A stretch of 64,000 nucleotides of DNA, taken from Tubulanus polymorphus. Lineage: Eukaryota; Animalia; Nemertea. Below are positions 12,130-24,970 of this stretch, piece by piece (the first letter of the stretch is position 1; each line of letters begins with the position of its first letter). The stretch lies in contig NC_134034.1 in NCBI RefSeq assembly GCF_964204645.1, positions 12,784,962 to 12,848,961 on the forward strand. Direction: 5' to 3'. The position numbers and the translations under genes were made by a program. The notes below the pieces were generated by a model, which ran no database searches, was not told the DNA's origin, and saw only the letters and a program-made list of their open reading frames with translations.

Positions 12130-14833
12130 TTCCGACTAACGGACATTCGGTTTCGTTTAGTTCGACTATAGTCTCGACTAACTCAGATAACCGAAAGTGG
12201 CCCTGGGTTCGTGAAAATGATTCACGGGCCGGCCGCGAAAAGCAGTTAATTTTATAGCAAGGCAGTGAAATGGGGGTGTTACTAAAAACATGCGCTACTA
12301 AAACGAAGACCTATGCACTTTGGGGTATTAGAACTATGCATGACTAAAAAGAAGTCAGAAGATACTCGAAATCATCACTTGAGGCGCTCTGTACCACCTC
12401 TGTCGGAAACGTTAATTGCCTGGTCGGTTTTCTCGGGTGCATATAGTTTTCGTTTTTAGTAGTGCTTCGTTTTAGTAACACTTGTTGAAACGAATGACAA
12501 ATTTCAAAATCAATCATATTTATTCTCATACAACAATTATACAAAATACCAGGTTTGTGCTCGAGGAATTATAATGTAAGCTCCTCAAACACGTGGACTT
12601 TCAAAAACAATTAGTCCAACCACCATAGGCGTATAAACTATAAACGAGAGTTTATACGCCCATGGTCCAACCATAGACTCTAAAACAGAAAAGTCTATGG
12701 CCCAACCATGGACTCTTAAACTGTAAAAGTCCATGGCTCCCCGCACTAAAACCAGAGATAAACCTGGCCAAATACTCTGGAAAGCGTAGGATTAAGTAAT
12801 CTGATTTACATTCTTACATCATTTTATTTTCACATCATATTATTAACTTTTAGCTTATTTTCTCAAATTCTAATAGTAATTTTATTTCTATTACTATGTA
12901 TGAAATTGTACTAACTTAAAACAAAGTTACATGTTAGGTATTTAGAAGTCTTTATCTACGATACATTTCCACTGCAGCTGATTTATACAATTTACATCGA
13001 TAGGAAAATGACAAAAATACACAAAGAATTATAAACTTTGATCCATAAAAAAAATTGGACTTGTCTGAAAGTCTAAGATTATGAATTTGACAATTCATGA
13101 GGTCAATGTAACCGACACTTTGTTATATTTCATGAAATATGAATCTATCATCGTCAACTTTTCAAATGACATCGATTGAGGACATCTCATTTATCAACAA
13201 AAAGCTCAACTTTATTCGATAGGACCTTAATAAATCAATGTTTTATGAACAATTGACATGAACATGTCATTTTATCTCCACAACAACAATTATACCTAAA
13301 TGACAGGTAATGATGTACTGGAGGAAGTGCGTCAGCCATTTACAAAAACGTGACCTGTATTTCAAAAAAAATCTCCAACATAAAAACATTATAACCGGAG
13401 ATAAAACCTCAAATTCAATCTGGAAAGCGTAAGATATGATTTAATTTTCATTAAAATTATTTTACAAGATAGCTAGTTTTGCCACCTTTGCCTTGTCTTT
13501 AAGAGGTTTCAAGACATTATCAAATTGGTTATTTTCTCAAATGTTACATTTAATGCAAAGTATTTTGGAGGTATTCTCTTCTATGCATTCAGCAAGAGTA
13601 TATGAATCGAGTATATAAATATTGTTCAACTTCCAATTTGAATAGAGCTAGGGCAATTACTAATAACTAATGGCTTTGCTACAAATAAGTTAAGATTCAA
13701 TAACTAACTTTTTGAGGTGCTTCTTGTGCAGATATTTCAGTACCCATGTAGACATCGATAAACCATGGTTTTAGTCCATAGCTAGCATAATCTACTGATT
13801 AATACTGTTCATATATCCTCATTTATCAAGAGACTGCTCCTCTATTTTGCTACTCTATTTTCCATAAGGGCCTTAATGAAAATAGTATTTTATGAAGCAT
13901 TGATGAGCACCACAGTATGAATGACGAAACATGTATATCATTTTATTCTTACACAACAATTATACCCCGCTAAATGAGTTATTTAAAAAAACAGTTCAAC
14001 ATAAAACCTACAAATTCGCTCACTCTGGAAAGCGTAAGGTAAACTAACTAATCTTAGTTACTACAAGAAAACTAAAAACATTGTCAAAAATTTCCTCGTC
14101 GTAGAGATTTCTTTCATTTTCAACTAGCTCATTTCACAAATGTTACATTTGAAACAAAGCAGGGTCTGATTTAAGCACTAGTCCAATTGCCCGGGACAAG
14201 TAATTTTCATTAGGGCATGTAGGTTATCACAATCACTCGTCCACCGGGCTTGTGTAATTCTATATCTCAAAGCTTTTATCCCACTCGATGTAAGGGAAGA
14301 TTGTGCAAGTTGATTTTTGAGGGGGGCAGTGATATTACATATGCCTGTCCCAAGGTCAAGTGGCATTTATTCCTTAGATCAAACCCTGCAAACTATCTAT
14401 TATAAAGGTTTTTCTTCGTGATAATTTAAGATAAATCGAGTATTTTCATATAAATATGGTTTGACTGACGAAGCTACGGCAACTTCTTAATTTGTATTAT
14501 TCAACTTGACAGTAGATATTAATACAACTCTATATAAAGATCAGAAATTCTTCTTAACCAGATATTACAGGCCCCACACAGACGTGGTTAAACTGATAAT
14601 CTAAACAAAGCTAGGACAATTGACCAATTAGCACTGTATCCTGGAGTTAGCCTATCAAGAAACTGCTCCTTCTATTCTATGTTCCCGCTAATTAAATCAG
14701 TATTTTATGAACCACTGAAAAGCACCACAGTGAAATTGTTGCTATAGAAATTAACAACTAAAAAGTTTCAACATGAATGATGAAAATGTACATCGTTTTA
14801 TTCACACAATAATATCTTAAACGAGGAATCATT

Positions 14834-15148
14834 CAGGCGCGGATCTAGGGAGGGGGCCCGGGCCCCACTCCTTCTTTTAAGTGAAGGTCGCAAAAATTAA
14901 TCCCTTTGTTTTAGTTTATCAGCAGCAGAAAAGGGGAAGTATTATTCATGAATTCTTGCCTCAGAATGTAGGAAATGGCCCCAAAACAGAGTTAAATTTC
15001 AAAAAATTTCTGACCCCCGCAGGGGCTTCGCGCCCGAGGCGCAAAGCGTAGGAACGTCTCGCGCCTACGACACTCGTTGCCAATAAAGTATCATCATAGC
15101 TACATTTATTAGGTGCCCCCCCTAAATTGGGCTCTAGATCCGCCCCTG
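14834..15148. mobile_element. Non-autonomous DNA transposon with hAT-like termini and 5-bp TSD TCATT
   Basis: Termini CAGGCGCGGATCTAG / CTAGATCCGCCCCTG with TCATT on both sides. A related element at ~35857-36155 is interrupted by a family-A MITE. Confidence 0.7.
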
Positions 15149-17199
15149 TCATTATGCAAGTTTCTAATTTCCAAACATGCGTTATGTATTACGATAACAG
15201 TCTCCAACATAGAGCATTAAAACTAGAGATGGAACACACAGATTCACTCTGGAAATCTAAGTATCCACTAATCATTACTTTCAAAACTAGAAACCTAGAA
15301 AACTAGAATTTTGCCTACTTTGCCCTGACTTAAAGATGTCCAAGCACCTTGGCATTAAATACTAAGTATTCTGATGTTCTTTTCTGTCAGCTTCGAAAAC
15401 ATCAACATAATCATACAATCGGTAACTAATCAATAACATCAATAACTTAAGTTTATAGCTGTTTTACATTCTTTCTAAAAAGTAAAATGTATGTACCAGA
15501 TTTTAGATAGTAAGTCTACCCCAGTATAACGATCAACAGTCACAGCAGTGATTGAGCGCGGCTAGTTGAAAGGACGGGTCGATCTTTCATCACAGTTATT
15601 CAAAGCATTCTATCATATCAGTTATTTTCTTTAAGTGTGTTCGATTTAGTTAAGGTTTATGGTTATTTGTTTTGTTCATTACAATAACTGAGTCCGATAG
15701 AATGCTTTGAATAACAACAGAAAAGATCTCGGGTTTTCGCTATACTTAGGGAAGGTTGTTCGATAAATGAAGAACCTTGTTTATAAATATTTGAAAAAAT
15801 GCCTTTTCATGTAAATAGAATATTAATTTGTTGATGTTTCTATTGTTGTTTATTATTTTCATCTTTTTTTTAGTATTATCTATTTATGTATGTACTTGTA
15901 TTTTGTATTATTTTCTACTTATTATTTATTGGGTTTTTTTTATTTATTTTTTTATTAATTTATGTACTTGTAGTTTGTATTATGTATTATTTAAACTCCT
16001 CTATTTACAACTGCAGGCATTTTTTCACTGTAAAGTTTCTGGGCCCATTTTAGAAAAGCACTACCGATTCACTGCCACTCCTTGATAATCATTATACACC
16101 CAATTTGAAGCTAAGTGATTATTCACGAGAGCCATCTCGTGATATGGATTTACCCATTACAATAAAAGAAGTTCAAACAGCTATAAACAATGTTAAAACG
16201 TTAAAAATTAGTCCTAGCTATAACTTTATGCCTTGTTATTCTTAGCTTTACCTCTCAAATGTAAATAATGGTCTCCTTTCAAATAAAGCTTTTGATTTCA
16301 AATACATAGCTATGATCATCTAACAGATTGATGGAGGCTCAAAGTTAAAACTCGATGTGAAAATCGACATATACGATTCAATTGTGAAATCAGTTACATG
16401 GGCCTTCGAAAATATATATCCATCAAATAAATACATCTACAATTCAGCAAATACTTAATATTTGTACATCAAACACTGGCCTAACGTTATGTTCTATGTT
16501 TCCTAACTATGTGATACCTACACGGACAAATAGCCATAGTTGACTATGTTTAACTATGGTAAAGTTTAAAGATTAAACTCACAATATATCTCAGCTTAGG
16601 AGTTAACTCAACAGACCTGCAGCCCAAACAAGGCGCTCGACGCGACCATTTACCCCTAGTGACTAACCTAACTTGACTTCTCTATCGACCAAGGATCGAA
16701 TACCAATATCGTGAATTAATGGAGCTTCGCTTTTATTACTCTCACATTGCATTAAACATTATGAAATAATTTCCTTGAAAACACTATATCAGACTGGTTT
16801 GAGAAAGGGTGATCAGTAAAAAAATCAATACTTTACGACAGAAATCCGCTGTTGTCTTTGCCGCTCCTGGATCTCAGTGTTTATAAAGATGCACTATTGT
16901 TTATGCTGCTCCTAATAAGATACACTATTGTCTTTGCTGCTTTTAAAACAGTGCTTATCCTGAATCGGTGTTTATGAGATAATCCATGAGCTTTGTCGCT
17001 CGAATCAGTGTTTATAAGATTCACTATAGTCTCTGCTGCTCCTGATAAAATATTTTATAGAAATCAACAACTGTTTGTAGAAGAATCCATCGTTGAGTGA
17101 TTAATCCGTTGATGGCTCCTCAACTTCTAATCTGGGCTTCTGCAGTTTTCATCAGCAAATGGGTCAATCAGTATTCATCTACTTGTAGATTTTCTGATG

Positions 17200-20100
17200 A
17201 GTAGTTGATCTCAAGCTGGGTTTTTTCTCATAGTTGATATTAAGCTGCAATAATTAAAAGAAGATATCCTGTAATGACCAAATATTTCAATAAGAATTAA
17301 TCGTAATAATTTCATGTATATCAAGTTACCTTTTATGATTGCTGGGTTTGTTATCGGCGATTATCTTATTAGTTGATTGGTTAATGAGTTCGATCCTAGT
17401 TGGCTGTGCACCGTTCAAGTTGGTCGATTTTGGACGAGTAGTTGTTCTCAAACTTGGTTTTTTTCGCATAGTTGAAATTTAGCTGCAATGATCAAAAGAA
17501 GATATCCTTTAATGACAAAATATTTCAATAAGAATTAATCGTAATAATTCCTTGAATATCAAGTTACCTTTTATGATTGCTGGTTTCATTATCAGCGATT
17601 AACTTATTAGTTGATTGGTAAATGAGTTCGATTCTGTTGGCCTCATCTGTGCGCCGTTCAAGTTGGTCGATTTTGGACGAGTAGTTGATCTCAAGCTGGG
17701 TTTTTTCTGATAGTTGAAATTTAGCTGCAATGATTAAAAGAAGATATCCTGTAATGACAAAATATTTCAATAAGAATTAATCATAATAATTCCATGTATA
17801 TCAAGTTACCTTTTATGATTGCTTGGTTTGTTATCGGCGTGGATCATCTAAAGTTTATGGGTTAATGAGTTCGATTCTGTTGGCCCCATCTGTGCGCTGT
17901 TCAAGTTGGTCGATTTTGGACGAGTAGTTGATCTCAAACTGGGTTTTTCCGCATAGTTGAAATTTAGCTGCAATGATTAAAAGAAGATATCCTGTAATGA
18001 CAAAATATTTCAATAAGAATTAATCGTAATCATTCCATGTATATCAAGTTACCTTTTATGATTGCTGGTTTCATTATCGGCGATTATCTTATTAGTTGAT
18101 TGGTTAATGAGTTCGATCCTAGTTGGCTGTGCGCCGTTCAAGTTGGTCGATTTTGGACGAGTAGTTGATCTCAAACTGGGTTTCTTCTTATAGTTGAAAT
18201 TTAGCTGCAATGATTAAAAGAAGATATCCTTTAATGACAAAATATTTCAATAAGAATTAATCGTAATAATTCCATGTATATCAAGTTACCTTTTATGATG
18301 GCTGGTTTCATTATCGGTGTGGATCATCAAAAGTTGGTGGGTTAATGAGTTCGATTCTGTTGGCCTCATCTGTGCGCTGTTCAAGTTGGTCGATTTTGGA
18401 CGAGTAGTTGTTCTCAAACTGGGTTTTTTCGCATAGTTGAAATTTAGCTGCAATGATCAAAAGAAGATATTCTGTATTGACAAAATATTTCAATAAGAAT
18501 TAATCGTAATAATTCCATGTATATCAAGTTACCTTTTATGATTGCTGGTTTCATTATCGGCGATTATCTTGTTGATTGGTTAATGAGTTCGATCGTAGTT
18601 GGCTGTGCGCTGTTCAAGTTGGTCGATTTTGGACGAGTAGTTGATCTCAAGCTGGGTTTTTTCTTATAGTTGAAATTTAGCTGCAATGATTAAAAGAAGA
18701 TATTCTGTAATGACAAAATATTTCAATAAGAATTAATCGTAATAATTTCATGTATATCAAGTTACCTTTTATGATTGCTGGTTTCATTATCGGCGATTAT
18801 CTTATTAGTTGATTGGTTAATGAGTTCGATCCTAGTTGGCTGTTCGCTGTTCCAGTTGGTCGATTTTGGACGAGTAGTTGATCTCAAACTGGGTTTTTCC
18901 GCATAGTTGAAATTTAGCTGCAATGATTAAAAGAAGATATCCTGTAATGACAAAATATTTCAATAAGAATTAATCGTAATAATTCCATGTATATCAAGTT
19001 ACCTTTTATGACTGCTGGGTTCATTATCGGTGTGGATCATCAAAAGTTGGTGGGTTAATGAGTCCGATTCTGTTGGCCTCATCTGTGCGCTGTTCAAGTT
19101 GGTCGATTTTGGACGAGTAGTTGTTCTCAAACTGGGTTTTTTGGCATAGTTGAAATTTAGCTGCAATGATCAAAATAAGATATTCTGTATTGACAAAATA
19201 TTTCAATAAGAATTAATCGTAATAATTCCATGCATATCAAGTTACCTTTTATGATGGCTGGTTTCATTATCGGCGATTATCTTGTTGATTGGTTAATGAG
19301 TTCGATCGTAGTTGGCTGTGCGCTGTTCAAGTTGGTCGATTTTGGACAAGTAGTTGATCTCAAGCTGGGTTTTTTCTTATAGTTGAAATTTAGCTGCAAT
19401 GATCAAAAGAAGATGTCCTTTAATGACAAAATATTTCAATAAGAATTAATCGTAATAATTCCATGTATATCAAGTTACCTTTTATGATTGCTTGGTTCGT
19501 TATCGGCGTGGATCATCTAACGTTTGTGGGTTAATGAGTTCGATTCTGTTGGCCTCATCTGTGCGCTGTTCAAGTTGGTCGATTTTGGACGAGTAGTTGT
19601 TCTCAAACTGGGTTTTTTCTTATAGTTGAAATTTAGCTGCAATGATTAAAAGAAGATATCCTGTAATGACAAAATATTTCAATAAGAATTAATCGTAATA
19701 ATTTCATGTATATCAAGTTACCTTTTATGATTGCTGGTTTCATTATCAGCGATTATCTTATTAGTTGATTGGTTAATGAGTTCGATTCTGTCGGCCCCAT
19801 CTGTGCGCTGTTCAAGTTGGTCGATTTTGGACAAGTAGTTGTTCTCAAACTGGGTTTTTTCGCATAGTTGAAATTTAGCTGCAATGATCAAAAGAAGATG
19901 TCCTTTAATGACAAAATATTTCAATAAGAATTAATCGTAATAATTTCATGTATATCAAGTTACCTTTTATGATTGCTGGTTTCATTATCAGCGATTATCT
20001 TATTAGTTGATTGGTTAATGAGTTCGATTCTGTTGGCCCCATATGTGCGCCGTTCAAGTTGGTCGATTTTGGTCGAGTAGTTGTTCTCAAACTTGGTTTT

Positions 20101-20345
20101 TCCGCATAGTTGAAATTTAGCTGCAATGATTAAAAGAAGATATCCTGTAATGACAAAATATTTCAATAAGAATTAATCGTAATAATTTCATGTTTATCAA
20201 GTTACCTTTTATGATTACTTGGTTTGTTATCGGTGTGGATCATCTAAAGTTGGTGGGTTAATGAGTTCGATTCTGTTGGCCTCATCTGTGCGCTGTTCAA
20301 GTAAGTCGATTTTGGGCGATAGTATACTAAGTTACCTTTTCTGAT
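17200..20345. repeat. ~233-243-bp tandem satellite, ~13 copies, two interleaved variants
   Basis: CAAGTTACCTTTTATGA recurs at about 17322, 17560, 17802, 18045, 18282, 18525, 18758, 18996, 19238, 19471, 19714, 19956 and 20198. The repeated MKYFV... ORFs are one per monomer. Confidence 0.97.
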
Positions 20346-20384
20346 TGCCGGGTTCATTATCGGTGAGGTCTCCTAAGTTTGTAG

Positions 20385-20605
20385 TCTAATTTTACATATC
20401 TTTTGTTGTTTTTTCTGTGTAAATAGTCCGAAAGTTTACAATGTTTGAATTTTGTCTAATTTTACATTTCTTTGCTCTTTTTTTCGTGTAAATAGTCCGA
20501 AAGTTTACAAGGTTTAAGAGAATTTTGTCTAAGTTTTACATATCTTTGGTCTTTTTTTTCATGTAAATAGTCCGAAAGTTTACAAGGTCGTAATTTTGTC
20601 TAATT
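20385..20605. repeat. ~68-bp tandem repeat, 3 copies
   Basis: GTAAATAGTCCGAAAGTTTACAA...TTTTGTCTAA three times. Confidence 0.85.
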
Positions 20606-23600
20606 TAAATTTTTTTTGTAGTTTTAAGTTTTTTCAAAATCGGAAATCGAAGTACAGATATAGTTGTGTGATCGGCGGTCGATTTCACATAGATTTCTTT
20701 TTCTTTAAATCCGAGGAGCGCATAATTGGGAAATTCGGTTCCAGTTTATTCAATTAATCTTCCAACCAGTCTGAACCGGCAAGCGACTGATTGGGGTCAA
20801 TTAAGTTGACTGCCTATTTTAATACATCGAGATTTGGAATATCTATATTACAAGGTTGAAGATCATTTTTTACATTTTATGAATAGTTGATTACTGGGTA
20901 GTAGTATAGCTGAAAAAAAAAGAGCAGAATCTTGTGAGCAGAAAATCCTTTCGAATATCACTGATCATAATTAACGTGTCAATTCATATGTATATAAGAT
21001 CAGCAATGTGGACCGGTACGTAGATTTTGATAATAGTCAATTATTAAACAATATCTATATGAAATTCAACTCATATCGTAATTCATCTATATTTTAGATA
21101 TCTAAGCAACGGTTGATTGTTATAGTTTAAAAACAATTCGACTAAAGCATCTTTAGTCATCTCTAGGAATACCAGAGTCACAACAAATTTAGTAATGCAT
21201 AATAAATCTTATCAAATTGTTTTTGTACTGTTTCTATCTTCAGAGATTCTTGATGTTTTTCTTTCTTGGGTGCTAAACACTCAGTGACCAGTAGGCTTTT
21301 ACTGAAACCCAGGCCCATCCTACTAAGTGCAAACCTGCTAGTAATAATGCCCTAAATACATTTCAATTGTCAGTTAAACCTTGTTCGTATTATCAAATTA
21401 ACTTCATCGTCAATTAATAAACTTTAAGAGATTTGTTTTCTACCCATAGGTGGTGACATCTGTGCCCAGTGAATGTTATTCTAATCCATTCCAGTAATTC
21501 TAAATATCGCTCCTAATATATACAATGATCTTGTAATTATGATGATATAACTAACTGTGCGCTGCCAGCATTGATCCTGGTCAACATGGTTCTACAGATT
21601 TAAGAAACCTTGAATCATTCCAACGCCTTGACAAATCCAGAATTCTGCAAAGCCTTAAAAGATTCAATAAATCCCACGCCTAAGAGACAGAGTTTAAACA
21701 CACCCTGTTTTTTTTAGATATCAACCAATTAGATTAAACAGTTTTCTTATCAACCCCTACGGTTTAGATTTGAGCACTTTTACCTTATATGAAGATGCTG
21801 AATTAATCTTTATCTTAGATGCCTAATCACCCAATTAATTTCCTAGCTATAATTAAAATTGTCTCTTAAAATTTTATACGGGGCTTGATATTTCTACATG
21901 ACAAGAATTTCAGATCTGGTTTCGATTGATCACTATTTCAAAATGCTTATTTTGCATAAGAGCTTTTGATATCTAGTTTGACGAATACAGAATTCCCCAA
22001 AACCTAACTGATTCAACAGATCCCACACACATGTCGCCCAGTTATGACGCAGGTGACATTGCACGATACAGTCGTCTCATCCACTGCACTATTATTTAAA
22101 TAATTTTCACTTATATATATTACATTGAATTAATTTTAATTAATCTTCTAGATATCTAAGTGATCTGTTAATTAGTGATCATACTAGCTACATTTTAAGT
22201 GGTAAATTAGAAATTCCCTTAAAGCCGAATTGCTATATAATCTTTATTTCCCTTTTATAGTAGTACACTGTGTATAAGGACCGAAAGACCTTGTTATAAC
22301 CGGACCTCCCTGGTGCGGTGCAAGACATTATGCTAGAAAATAGTTTGAAGGAGAGGGGTTAGTAAAAGAGAGCTATTAGCAAGAGGAATAAGACCTAAGT
22401 TTAGGATATCCTGTCAGAATAAGGCTCTCAATCTGATATACACAGTGAAATTGAAATATTCTCCCTTCCAAATTCAGGAATGTATTTGTGCACGTACAGA
22501 TTTGTTTTATCTCCCTTCGATCGGAAGTAAATCAGCGTGAAATGATTTTGGCAATAGGCCTATGTATCAAAACTAATACAGCTGTATTTAGATATCATAT
22601 AGTAATACATTTATGAGTAATTCACCTTTGATTCTAATTGTCAGTTAAACAATATCTATTATGCGTAACTTGACACACAGTATGGCTTTTAGATGAATCA
22701 GTTAGGTTTAGGTAAATTTTGGCAATTGTGAAGGACATGACCAGTTGCCATAAGCACGGCAGTTGGAGATGTAAATACTGATCAGTCGATGAGACTGATT
22801 CAGATGTGCTTATACATATATCAGCTATATTTAAATTTTCAATTTTACTACATTTATATTATGGACCTGTATTACATACCGGATAAAAAGTTTTTGATCT
22901 TAGAAATATTGAATTCATCTTTATTGTGGATCTAAGCCATTGGTTAATGAGCAATTTTTCCTAGCTTTAAATGATAATTGTCAGTTAAATAATAATCATA
23001 GCGCAAAACAAGGCACAGAGTGTGGCTTTCGGGAATGATTTGAACCGCTTAAAGCTTTGTTTTATTCTAGATTTGTCAAAGCGCTGAGACCTAATCACAG
23101 TTTCTGAAAGACCCGCAGTCCATAGTTTTCCCCATATATATTACACCAGATCTCGATAGAGCCCTAGACACTATTTTATACATCTTTCCCCCAGAAATTC
23201 ATTAATGCAATGGGTAAAGCAGCACATAATATACACTGTAAAGTGCCTGAATGTTTATAAATGACATATGTATCAATATATCATTTGTAAAAAAATCTAT
23301 CAACTGACGATAAAGTTTAATTGATATATATCTTTACAAGTAAAGCCAGCCTTAATGTATATGGGCCCCTAAAATATCTACACCAGAAGAATTTTTCATC
23401 AAGCATTATAAGATATTGAATGATTGCTAATATCTAAGCGATTAGTTAATTAGTAAATTGTCCTATCTATATCTTGATTGTCAGTTAAACAATAGTCATA
23501 TGAGGCCTGAAATATCTACGGTACATTCGAAAAATTTCAAATGTCACATAAGATATTGAATTTACCTTAATTTTACATTACTTACAAAATCTTTTAATCA

Positions 23601-24194
23601 ATAACTGACCAATCTACATTTTAATTACGAGACCAAAGAATATTTAAAGGACGTCACTCAATCATTTCGTCTAATATTCTAAATATTCAAGCAATCATTG
23701 CCTAGCTATATTTCAATTTACTACCGGCCACAGAGCTTCAATAAAGTAGTGCGGAGATGGTGAGCTTGACCAGCGTCTCTATCCTCTCCAGCGCCTATGC
23801 ATTCTAACCCAGATATGAAGAATCAACTTAGCTTTATGTCTGTATGCATTCCTGTTGCCATGCAGGATGAGGTCAAGACTGCCAGGTTCGGTTGCGGCAG
23901 GTCTTTGGTGGTCCTTCAAGGTGGAGTCTTTTGTGGGCACTTCTGGTGGGCAGATTTTAGATGGGCCTTTCCGGATTAACCTGAAATGAGTAAAAGAACA
24001 ATATTCTGTAGTTACACAATCCTTTTCGTATCACTCATCGTAATTTACATGTGTATCAACTTAACTTTCAATATTGCTGAATTCAGTGTTCTTTTTTTCG
24101 GCATCCTCTTCGTTGTAGTCGCCTTCAGCATCTTCTTCTTCATCTTGGGAGTCCTGAAATTAAAAAAAAGAGAAGAGCGATGAAAACCTGGTAC

Positions 24195-24432
24195 GGAACA
24201 AAACTAATGTTCGAAAGCTTTACAGCTCTCCGTCGCCGGTCACATGCCCAGAACACCAGACAAAGAGCCAGCCAGGAATATACTGCCCTCTACACGCCCT
24301 CACACAGAACGCGAAAACCAGGATGACAACGCCTCACATTCCCCATCTAACTGCAGGATGTACTGGGCGACGTCAGTAACTGACACACCTGTAAAATTGC
24401 ACGAAACACAAATAGTGCAGTACAACCAGCTT
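24195..24432 (+). mobile_element. Second, inverted copy of the same LINE fragment (left arm of inverted repeat)
   Basis: Aligns nearly gap-free to the reverse complement of 24735-24970; shared blocks include GGAACAAAACTAATGT and CTGCCCTCTACACGCCCTCA. Confidence 0.75.
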
Positions 24433-24734
24433 GACCGGGTTGAGATTCAGGATCTCAACTAGCACCCAAAAGCGTGACAAGAGACTTCATCCACTGACCG
24501 AGGTTATCACAAGGACACAATGAAACTAGCACTCACAAGCCGACGAGAGACTTCATCCACTGACCGAGGTTATCACAAGGACACAATGAAAACTAGCACT
24601 CAAACTAGAAATCAAAGAGCGTGACAGTAGAATCATCCCTCAGCCGACTCAGAATACCAGAAACAAAGAGCGTGACAGTAGAATCATCCCCCATCCGGGT
24701 GGTCGCAAGGACACAATGAATGCTAGTAGCGTGA

Positions 24735-24970
24735 CAATCCAGTATAACCGCTCCATTTGTTTCCCGCGCAATCCCACAGATATGCCCGTCATTGACATCA
24801 CTCAGCACACTTTGTAGATAGGTGGGGGCAGTGAGGCCTCGTCATCCTAGTTTTCGTGTTCCGTATGAGGGCGTGTAGAGGGCAGAATTTCCTGACCGAC
24901 TCTTTGTCTGACATCCTCGACACATGACCGGCGAAGGAGAGCTGACGCTTTCGGACATTAGTTTTGTTCC
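24735..24970 (-). mobile_element. Degraded 3' fragment of an RTE-type non-LTR retrotransposon ORF (right arm of inverted repeat)
   Basis: With two frameshifts it translates to VRKRQLSFAGHVSRMSDKESVRKF-ALYTPSYGTRKLG-RP, matching the post-RT C-terminal signature of RTE-like LINEs (R.rL.faGH..R....E.......P..G.R..GRP). Confidence 0.6.

Noticed and set aside
17200-20345. Repeated 60-68 aa ORFs (MKYFV...) as a tandem family of secreted peptides
   Set aside because: They start at TTG rather than ATG, are broken by non-triplet indels in about half the monomers, and simply track the satellite unit.
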